A stretch of DNA of 56,940 bases from Pirellulales bacterium. GTDB taxonomy: Bacteria > Planctomycetota > Planctomycetia > Pirellulales > UBA1268. Both the position numbers and the translations under genes were made by a program. The notes below the pieces were generated by a model, which made no database searches, had not been told where the DNA came from, and worked only from the letters and a program-made list of their open reading frames with translations. Positions 35,001 through 41,275 of this stretch are shown in pieces. The stretch's first letter is position 1, and the number at the start of each line of letters is the position of its first letter. Location of the stretch: NCBI GenBank assembly GCA_044237545.1, contig JBIIFB010000002.1, positions 1 to 56,940 of the forward strand, given 5' to 3'.

Positions 35001-35946
35001 CCAGACCACTCATGTGCCGGCGGGCTACGGTATGATTGGTGAATTCTCGGCCACGGCGAGGGGCGCGCTCACGAACAATGGCCGAATCGTGGGCGAGTCG
35101 GTGTCGCTGAAAAACAACTCCAAAGCCATCGGCTTCAACATCTGGCCGCTGATCAAGGATCTGTTCACTTCGACGACGCCGGTGGCCGAAGCCGACAAAC
35201 TCGCGTTGGCGCAGAGCATCCTCTCGAACGTGCTGACGAACCCAGGCCTCTCGTCGAAGGACGAGTTTCCCAGTCCTGCCGAGGGCACTCCGAATAGCGC
35301 AGGCGGCTATGTGTTCTGGGCGCAGGATTTCGAATTCCTCCCCGGTAATGCGCCAACTGACGAAGTCTATGCTGGAGTTCTAGCGGTCATGTGGGCGGGC
35401 AGGCAGGTGCTCGGCGATGCGTTTCCGATCTACCCGGTGCCGTCGAGCAGCCTGTTCAAGACGCTCGGCGACGATACGCCTGCACAGCAGGGGCTCTACA
35501 GTTCCGATCACATCATCAAGGGCACCGGATCGACGCCCTACCTCGCGTCGTTGGGCCTGAAGGCCCTTCCCACGGATCCGGCCCCGCCGTCCGGCGGTGA
35601 ATGGAACTTCCTGTCGTTGGCCTATGAGAACAAGCTGATCGATGGATTCTTCGGCCAGCAATACACACCCGGGCAAGCAGGTGTCATTTCCAAGGACACA
35701 AAGCCTTTTTATTCCGCTGATCTGCCCTACGCGTTGATGTCGTCGTACGCGGATCCCGCGCAGGTGGCCACCGGCGGCCCTTGGCCCACGGTCTACAACG
35801 GCAACATCCCGTTCCATGCGGGCGTTTACTGGGAGGCCGACGTGATTTCGTCATGGGGCCAGCCGGCTGCGACCAGTCAGAAGCTGAAGCCGACGCAGGC
35901 CCTGCTACCGACGCAGGCCTTCGGCCTCTATGGCCGGCCGTCATGA
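29086..35946 (+). CDS. giant (2,286 aa) secreted/surface repeat protein with cadherin-like modules
   Basis: The N-terminus is MKSRSHSMRSKRIAIRR...VTLFEMLERRHALTG. At least 12 copies of a G-x-G-Y...P-x-V-x-I...G-x-G-A-x-A motif occur at about 29360-29790 and 31030-32870. A cadherin-like module lies at about 33526-33846 (...FSIKPGTGDAASLAINPRTGEVRLLASANYEAKKTYQFIVVATDSGTPALSAEKLVTVNVADV). Two modules of about 105 aa follow, each ending in (V/M)NDAP. The unassignable regions are listed in the finding for this gene. Confidence 0.85.
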   Translation: MKSRSHSMRSKRIAIRRQLSSGFGSVTLFEMLERRHALTGQSLLSGAGLGPLSTVAAQVAPVALLPKVQLSHFGQDISFSATVVGVTSIPLNSGGAGYDANNAPTVTINDRTGTGTGAAARAVIVDGAVTAIAVGTRGSGYTVAPTVTITDHGGSGSGATAVAVLSDGAITGYTITDCGFGYVDPVVTFSVAGTYATPATPGGVTKADGVIRSITIDAGGGGYNATTPPTVALTGGTAPTTPAVLGTVVAAGYTVPDEQKFINWANDYISFVTNTGVSVCYINVGDYRADNKHNYDYLRPEYGKDGKTPWIVTHFLDKLPAGVEAGAVAYLKDAWHLYEETNNPNYNGNTLATDGKTGSPPKNNLYQSFELINDINAAQLAVGGTKYLTHYQADGEGAGAFEADSYYGFGGVPAAGAPYNPANNLTAAGDWTWTPGPNGTAGTNGGWPTAGYGYIKWLFNHFMPGVSEADVATGGTALPHTVSNGVPDVVYTDAEAVIGATWSANPSTAKPYQFGIIKYAQSSWLNYSPGPMVAFTENYWFGENHYVPGPGSSIMPDIAATSSSPLPTLNPPTAGNSFPDGKPPTVMFNTPKDASGNAIGTAATGYALMGTGSIDAAAITTGNALSNFFGGNGVGSGFGTGAWVDETQQGIGYLQGDLVWFTAPGAGGRAAYGMINTTTGDKYIGAPIAGILIQDPGEGYVTEPTVDKITQADGTTPSTGSGAVIHPLLLAANGYPQAVFPEAPAGGRTAKGYVTVSPQNYRPGAITGLTITDYGAGYALSPNAANPSTPGNPFGGPGGLAVAFQGVAPQAPYNTGISGVPTAPTFYAPVTSATDNIASIVLTSLGDHYVSSLTDLNRPYYTLGGDPTKHYVGEGSISVVNVTAAGSGYTNATVTIVPANGDTGSGATASATITSGGRIAAITVTNPGTGYKVVPTVKIIGDGTGATATIGPMAGVNPLSSGAYGSVLNLAGSFAVDSSGRSLLAVLDPGSGYSAGAVVTDSKGTLVPLSGAGYDSSSFYPVTFTGGGVSDPSDQATGFANVNSDGFVTGITITNPGTGYTSEPTVAIPSPGAGKGMAQAYATAHLLNFPKVTISGGTPAGGTAASAYAIVGPANPKEASSANPDTGYVITGVGFRYTGLKYTSVPSITITGGSNPDSTARISSDPSLVTKTNAYLLKTIGQEFGGSSTGTAPAGWNGTIEGGANAFNWLIPSGYGPGQVSAITITNGGTGYTPTEAPKVTFNAPPPGGRAPNATAVVTNGSVTGITLTDHGYGYHPTLYPVTVTIAPPPTGTPATAVVTLGELQILSPQAQQTAYSYYSDYPAALAAMFNNQRYQDVPLPKLDTLFYQALDMQVDFTQKASVDGNQTAQQAIATFSIESLNRSNVDANNQIVATCLDAKYSDASALRQLNTLGGTFAGLSSLTYENFITFLNSCAEIIVAAKPAGSTMTASDVTFQIYDAAFLPLEWLGGLSANRWSDVNETPVLIGGASNSVRENASADTVIYRAAATDIGATVADRTVTFSIKPGTGDAASLAINPRTGEVRLLASANYEAKKTYQFIVVATDSGTPALSAEKLVTVNVADVFELPAPPQISVPATFPVVEDTRTPLLFSGVPFTDADSSVAKTMKVTLRVHDGVIAARSGAGVTVAGSATARTFTGSLTALNNYFTAVPGRISYTAAANNTSSRPLTITLSESHGTFRHSSTASSMIVVAPVNDAPRAWVPTVFRVTEDVASNLVWPAAPAAFTDIDSSLLTVTLAVADGTLAAIGTPLVAVGGTATSLTLRGAPADLNFYVRQPGNIQYTSALDNTAPRALTVTASDGQLQSVVVSRILIRAMNDAPTQNAASIVIGAAKNKPFVINQTMLKSATAAADVDSKRIAFIVDGVTAGKVEKWNGKAWAALGAAAPHAARIVAAGQKLRWTAPQNAVGATAAFTVSAWDGQKASAVSSQVWVSIAAPDDNSLVYFLDDTTQTTHVPAGYGMIGEFSATARGALTNNGRIVGESVSLKNNSKAIGFNIWPLIKDLFTSTTPVAEADKLALAQSILSNVLTNPGLSSKDEFPSPAEGTPNSAGGYVFWAQDFEFLPGNAPTDEVYAGVLAVMWAGRQVLGDAFPIYPVPSSSLFKTLGDDTPAQQGLYSSDHIIKGTGSTPYLASLGLKALPTDPAPPSGGEWNFLSLAYENKLIDGFFGQQYTPGQAGVISKDTKPFYSADLPYALMSSYADPAQVATGGPWPTVYNGNIPFHAGVYWEADVISSWGQPAATSQKLKPTQALLPTQAFGLYGRPS

Positions 35947-35980
35947 ACACGAGCGTCGCTGCGTGACCGCGGCCCGGTAA

Positions 35981-37429
35981 TCAGGCAAGTATGCCCTTGA
36001 CCACATGGCCGTGCACGTCGGTGAGCCGGAAGTCGCGGCCCTGAAAGCGATACGTCAGCTTCGTATGGTCGAAACCAAGCAGATGCAGGACCGTCGCCTG
36101 GAGATCGTGGATGTGCACCTGGTCGCGGGCCGCCTTGAAGCCGAGGTCGTCACTCTCGCCGAATGAGAATCCGCCCTTCACGCCGCCGCCCGCCATCCAG
36201 ATCGAATAGCAGTCGGGATAGTGATCGCGGCCGAGGATGTCACCCTTGGCCGTGCGCCCCTCGCGGAATGGCGTCCTCCCGAATTCACCCGTGCAGAGCA
36301 CGAGCGTATCGTCGAGCATTCCCCGCCGCTCCAGGTCCTCGATGAGCGCGGCGGCAGGCTTGTCGAACGTCGCAGCCTTTTTCGTCAGTCCATCGCGGAT
36401 GTCCTCGCCGGGACCGGTGCCGTGGAAGTCCCAGCCCCAGTCAAAGAGGTGCACAAACCGCACCCCCTGTTCCACCAACCGCCGTGCGAGCAGGCAGTTG
36501 TTGGCCAGGCTCGGGGCTCCCGGCTTGGCGCCGTAGGCTTCGAGCACATCCTGCGGCTCGCGGGAAATATCCATCACTTCCGGCACGCTCGTCTGCATCC
36601 GGAAAGCGAGTTCGTATTGCGCGATCCGCGTGACGGTCTCTGGATTGCCGAGTTCTCTGGCCTGCAACTCGTTCAAGTCCCTGAGGGCATCGAGGGTCTT
36701 GCGGCGCATCGAACGGTCCATGCCCGGCGGATCCGAGACATAGAGCACCGGATCGCCCTTCGACCGGCACTGCACCCCCTGGTAGACGCTCGGCAGAAAC
36801 CCTGCCCCGAAGCTGCTCGTGCCACCGTTGGGCTGCACGCCCGATGAAATCAGCGTCACGAAGCCGGGCAGGTTGGCATTCTCGCTGCCCATGCCGTAGG
36901 TCACCCAGCTGCCCAGGCTCGGGCGTCCTGCGCGGGGGCTGCCGGTGTAGACCATGAGTTCCGCAGGCGCGTGGTTGAACTGGTCGGTGAACATGCTCTT
37001 CACAAGACAGAGCTTGTCGGCCACGCGGTGCAGATTCGGGATCGCATCGGAGAGCTCCATGCCGCTCACCCCGCACCGCACCCACTTCCGCGGCGTGCCG
37101 AGGAGTTTGGGCGTGCCGCTGGTGAACGCGAATTTCTTACCGGCGATCGTCTCGGCCGGGCAGTCCTCGCCATTGTGCTTCACAAGCTCGGGCTTGTGAT
37201 CGTAGAGATCGAGATGCGGCGGCGAGCCGGTGAGGTGGATCACAATCATCCGCGTCGCCTTGGCCGGCAACGGCGGCATTCTCGCCGCCATCGGATCAGC
37301 CGTGACCCCCGGAAGGCTCGCCCCGGCTCCAAGCAATTCCCGCATCGCGATCGCACCGATGCCGCCGGCCATGCCACCGAGCAGATGGCGGCGGGTCGCG
37401 AGCAGTTTGTGTTCCAGGAACGGATTCAC
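35981..37429 (-). CDS. DUF1501 domain protein (sulfatase-like, TAT signal)
   Basis: I chose the GTG at 37429 because AGGAGA lies 7 nt upstream and it yields (M)NPFLEHKLLATRRHLLGG, a typical DUF1501 N-terminus. The core segments are FDWGWDFHG and TGEFGRTP. Confidence 0.9.
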   Translation of the reverse strand: MNPFLEHKLLATRRHLLGGMAGGIGAIAMRELLGAGASLPGVTADPMAARMPPLPAKATRMIVIHLTGSPPHLDLYDHKPELVKHNGEDCPAETIAGKKFAFTSGTPKLLGTPRKWVRCGVSGMELSDAIPNLHRVADKLCLVKSMFTDQFNHAPAELMVYTGSPRAGRPSLGSWVTYGMGSENANLPGFVTLISSGVQPNGGTSSFGAGFLPSVYQGVQCRSKGDPVLYVSDPPGMDRSMRRKTLDALRDLNELQARELGNPETVTRIAQYELAFRMQTSVPEVMDISREPQDVLEAYGAKPGAPSLANNCLLARRLVEQGVRFVHLFDWGWDFHGTGPGEDIRDGLTKKAATFDKPAAALIEDLERRGMLDDTLVLCTGEFGRTPFREGRTAKGDILGRDHYPDCYSIWMAGGGVKGGFSFGESDDLGFKAARDQVHIHDLQATVLHLLGFDHTKLTYRFQGRDFRLTDVHGHVVKGILA

Positions 37430-37443
37430 AATGCGATCTCCTG

Positions 37444-39852
37444 TCAGGGGCACATGAATGTCTCGTCGAGATTCAGAATGACGTTGGCGACCACCGTCCA
37501 GGCCGCGAGATCGGCGATATCGATGGCCAGATCGGGGGGCACGGGCCCGAGCGGATCGGTGGCCATGGCGTTGGCGTCGGCGGGGTCCTTCCGGTATTCA
37601 GCCCGCGCAGTGTCGTAGAGCATCACGAGCCGGTCGACTTCGGCGGCCACCGGCTGCCGGGCGAGCACGAGCCGGAAGCCATGCACCGCGCGATCGGCCG
37701 TCGTCGAGCCACCCGTGCGTATCATGCGTCGAGCGAGCGCCTGCGCTGCCTCGACGTAGACGGGGTCGTTCATCGTCACGAGCGCCTGCAACGGCGTGTT
37801 GGTCCGTGGCCGGCGGATCGTGCAGACCTCGCGGGAGGGCGCGTCGAACGTGGCCATCGAGGGATAGGGATTACTCCGCCGCCAGGTGGTGTAGATCGCA
37901 CGGCGGTAGCGGTCTTCACCCGCACTCGTCTTCCAGTCGATCGCGCCACCGAAAGCGGCATTCAGGCCGGCATTGGGCTGGGGCGGGTTCACACCCGGCC
38001 CGCCCTTCTTCAGCGAAAGCAGCCCGGCGGCGGCCAGTGCCTGGTCGCGGATCACCTCTGCCGAGAGCCGGACCCGCGGACCGCAGCCCACGAGGCGATT
38101 CTCAGGGTCGTGGGCGACCAGTTCAGGGGGTGCCTTCGAGGTCTGCTGGTAGGCGGCACTGGTGACGATCAGTCGGATGATGGCCTTCGTATCCCACTGT
38201 CGCTCCATCAACTCGACCGCCAGCCAGTCGAGGAGTTCCGGATGGCTGGGCAGGTCTCCCTGGCTGCCAAAGTCCTCGCTTGTCGGCACGATGCCGATGC
38301 CGAAGAGCCGCTCCCAGATCCGGTTGACGACCACGCGGGCTGTCAGCGGGTTGTCCCGATCGACGAGCCACTTCGCCAGTGCCATCCGGTCGACCCGCCC
38401 GCCCTCCGGCAGCCGTGGCGGATTGAACACGACCGGCACGCCCTCCGTGACCTCATCGCCGAGGTTCTGCCAGTTGCCGCGAAGCTGGATCTTCGTCACC
38501 CGTCGCTTGTCGAGAGCGAGCTCCTGGAGCACGGGCACAGTCACGGGCTTTTCGGCATCGAGCGTCTTCCGCAGCCCGGCCACGAGTTCGCGGGCCGGCC
38601 GAAACTCTGGCGGCTCCGTCACGCCCTTCGGCGGAGGCGGAATCAGTCGTTCGATGCCGGCGATCTCCTGCTCGAGCGCCGCCCGTCGCGTGTCGACCGG
38701 CTGCCAGGGAATCTGCTCGACGGGTGCCTCGTCCCTGCGATCCGCGTCGGCGGTGTTGTTGAGGATGGCGTAGACGCCGAAGTATTCCCGCTGTGAGAGC
38801 GGATCGTATTTGTGGTCGTGGCACTGGCAGCAGGCCATCGTCGTGCCCATCCATGTGCTCATCGTGGTGTTCACCCGGTCAACGATTGCCACCGTCCGAA
38901 ACTCCTCGTCGATCGTGCCCCCCTCGCTGTTGGTGAGCGTGTTGCGGTGGAAGGCGGTCGCGATCCTGTCGTCGAGTTGTGCGTCGGGCAGAAGGTCGCC
39001 GGCCAGTTGCCTGCACGTGAACTCGTCGAAAGGCATGTTGGCATCGAAGGCCCGCACCACCCAGTCCCGCCAGCCCCAGATCGCCCGCGGCGGATCGTCG
39101 GCGTAGCCGGCACTGTCGGCGTACCGGGCCAGATCGAGCCACTGCCTCGCCATGTGCTCTCCGTAGCCATCGTGGGCGAGCAGCCGGTCGATGAGTTTCT
39201 CGGCGGCGTCGGCTGCCGGATCGGCCGCGAAGGCGTCGATCTCCTCGACGGCCAAGGGGAGGCCGGTGAGATCGAGGGCGAACCGGCGGGCCAGGGTGGC
39301 TCGATCGGCCGCGGGCTGCGGCGCGAGCCCCTCCGCCTCGAGCTTCGCGAGAATGAAACGATCGATCTCGTTCTTCGGCCAGGAGGCGTTCCCGACTGTC
39401 GGCAACGCCGGCCGCTTGGGTGGCACATAAGCCCAGTGCGGTTCGTAGGCCGCTCCGGCGGTGATCCACCGCCTCAGGAGATCAACCTGCTTGGCCGGCA
39501 GCCGCTCACCGGCCTCGGGCGGCGGCATCACGAGATCCGGATCCGTCGACGTGATCCTCGCGATCAACTCACTCTCGTCGGGCCGCCCCGGCACGATCGC
39601 CGCATGGCCGCCGAGATCAGCGGTCGCGCCATCAGACGTGTCGAGCCGGAGGCCATCGTCGCCACCACCATGGCGATCCTCGGCGTCTGGCCCGTGGCAC
39701 CGCACGCAGCGGTTGGAGAGGATGCCTTTGATGTCACGGGTGAACGACGGGGCCGGACCGGCGACATTCTCGAGCGCCAAAGCCCCGCCGGCCATGCAGA
39801 ACCCCATGGCCACGATACCGGTGCATGCTATGACCCTGCGGATAACGCTCAT
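37444..39852 (-). CDS. PSCyt/DUF1549/DUF1553 (PSD1) planctomycete cytochrome-c-domain protein
   Basis: 802 aa with a signal peptide. The heme-type motif is CVRCHGPD. DUF1549-like and DUF1553-like regions are present (...CCQCHDHKYDP...). The ATG overlaps the upstream DUF1501 stop (ATGA at 39849-39852). Confidence 0.9.
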   Translation of the reverse strand: MSVIRRVIACTGIVAMGFCMAGGALALENVAGPAPSFTRDIKGILSNRCVRCHGPDAEDRHGGGDDGLRLDTSDGATADLGGHAAIVPGRPDESELIARITSTDPDLVMPPPEAGERLPAKQVDLLRRWITAGAAYEPHWAYVPPKRPALPTVGNASWPKNEIDRFILAKLEAEGLAPQPAADRATLARRFALDLTGLPLAVEEIDAFAADPAADAAEKLIDRLLAHDGYGEHMARQWLDLARYADSAGYADDPPRAIWGWRDWVVRAFDANMPFDEFTCRQLAGDLLPDAQLDDRIATAFHRNTLTNSEGGTIDEEFRTVAIVDRVNTTMSTWMGTTMACCQCHDHKYDPLSQREYFGVYAILNNTADADRRDEAPVEQIPWQPVDTRRAALEQEIAGIERLIPPPPKGVTEPPEFRPARELVAGLRKTLDAEKPVTVPVLQELALDKRRVTKIQLRGNWQNLGDEVTEGVPVVFNPPRLPEGGRVDRMALAKWLVDRDNPLTARVVVNRIWERLFGIGIVPTSEDFGSQGDLPSHPELLDWLAVELMERQWDTKAIIRLIVTSAAYQQTSKAPPELVAHDPENRLVGCGPRVRLSAEVIRDQALAAAGLLSLKKGGPGVNPPQPNAGLNAAFGGAIDWKTSAGEDRYRRAIYTTWRRSNPYPSMATFDAPSREVCTIRRPRTNTPLQALVTMNDPVYVEAAQALARRMIRTGGSTTADRAVHGFRLVLARQPVAAEVDRLVMLYDTARAEYRKDPADANAMATDPLGPVPPDLAIDIADLAAWTVVANVILNLDETFMCP

Positions 39853-41273
39853 GTCAGAATATCCCGGAGGACGTTCGCCCCTTCGACACCGGTAAGCTTG
39901 GCGTCGAGGCCCTGGAACTTCACGCTGAAAGCGTCGTGCTGAATGCCGAGCTGGTGCAGCATCGTGGCATGCAGATCGTGCACGGTGCAGACCTTGTCCA
40001 CCGCGGCGTAGCCCAGCTCGTCGCTCGCACCATACACGAGCCCGCCCTTGATCCCGCCACCAGCCAGCCAGACACTCATCGCCTTGTTGTGGTGATCGCG
40101 GCCGTTGCCCTGCGACATCGGCGTCCGCCCGAATTCACCGGCCCAGACGATGATCGTGGAGTCGAACATGCCGCGGTCCTTGAGATCGGTGATCAGGGCC
40201 ATGCAGGCCCGGTCGATCTCCTCGGCCTTGAATCTGATGCCGTCCTTCACACCGCCGTGGTGGTCCCAGTCTTTGTGGTAGAGCTGGATGAACCGCACGC
40301 CCCGCTCGGCCAGCCGCCGCGCGAGCAGGCAGTTGGACGCGAACGAGCCGTCGCCGGGCTGGCAGCCGTAGAGCTCGAGCGTTTTGGGGCTCTCGTTTTT
40401 CGTGTCCATCAACTCCGGCACGCTCGCCTGCATCGCGAAGGCCATTTCGTACTGCGCGATCCGCGTGGCGATCTCGGGATCGCCCGTGACCGCGTCGTGC
40501 TGGGCATTGATCGCGTTGATCGCTGCGATGTCGGCCCCCTGCCGCTCCCGCGTGACGCCGGCAGGATTGCCGAGGTAGAGCACCGGGTCGCCCTTGCTTC
40601 GCAGCTGCACCCCCTGATACCTGCTCGGCAGGAATCCGCTCGACCACTGCCTCGCCGCGATCGGCTGGTTCTGGCCGCCCTTGCCCAGCGAGGTGAGCAC
40701 GAGGAAGCCGGGCAGATCGGCGGCCTCGCTTCCCAGACCATACGTCACCCATGATCCCATGCTCGGCCGGCCGGCGATCTGCGAACCGGTGTTCATGAAC
40801 ATGTGGGCCGGATCATGATTGATGGCGTCGGTCGTCATCGAACGGATCAGGCAGATGTCACCGAGCACCGAGCCGATCTGTGGAAAGAGCGAGCAGATCT
40901 CGGTCCCGTTTGGCCCCATTTTCGAGAAGGGATGCTGCGGCCCGAAACAGATCAGCTGCTTGCCCTGCAGCTGCGCGAGCTGCTGTCCCTTTGTCATGCT
41001 CTCGGGCATCGGCTTCCCGTCGAGCTCCGCAAGTTTCGGCTTATGGTCGAACGTCTCCAGGTGCGACGGACCGCCAGCCATCGAGAGCCAGATCACTCGC
41101 TTCGCTTTTTGCGGCAGCGGGGGCTTCTCCAGCACGCCCCGGAGCGGCGCGGCCTCCAGCAGCCGTGGAGTCGAAAGCGACGCCAGCGCTACGGCACCGA
41201 CGCCCTGTGCAGAGCGTCCGAGAAAGGCCCGTCGGGCCAGGGCGTTGTGCTCATGGATCGTCATGCCATTCAT
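39849..41273 (-). CDS. DUF1501 domain protein (TAT signal)
   Basis: The N-terminus is MNGMTIHEHNALARRAFLGRSAQG. The core segments are HKDWDHHG and AGEFGRTP. It is a paralogue of 35981-37429. Confidence 0.9.
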   Translation of the reverse strand: MNGMTIHEHNALARRAFLGRSAQGVGAVALASLSTPRLLEAAPLRGVLEKPPLPQKAKRVIWLSMAGGPSHLETFDHKPKLAELDGKPMPESMTKGQQLAQLQGKQLICFGPQHPFSKMGPNGTEICSLFPQIGSVLGDICLIRSMTTDAINHDPAHMFMNTGSQIAGRPSMGSWVTYGLGSEAADLPGFLVLTSLGKGGQNQPIAARQWSSGFLPSRYQGVQLRSKGDPVLYLGNPAGVTRERQGADIAAINAINAQHDAVTGDPEIATRIAQYEMAFAMQASVPELMDTKNESPKTLELYGCQPGDGSFASNCLLARRLAERGVRFIQLYHKDWDHHGGVKDGIRFKAEEIDRACMALITDLKDRGMFDSTIIVWAGEFGRTPMSQGNGRDHHNKAMSVWLAGGGIKGGLVYGASDELGYAAVDKVCTVHDLHATMLHQLGIQHDAFSVKFQGLDAKLTGVEGANVLRDILT

Positions 41274-41275
41274 GG

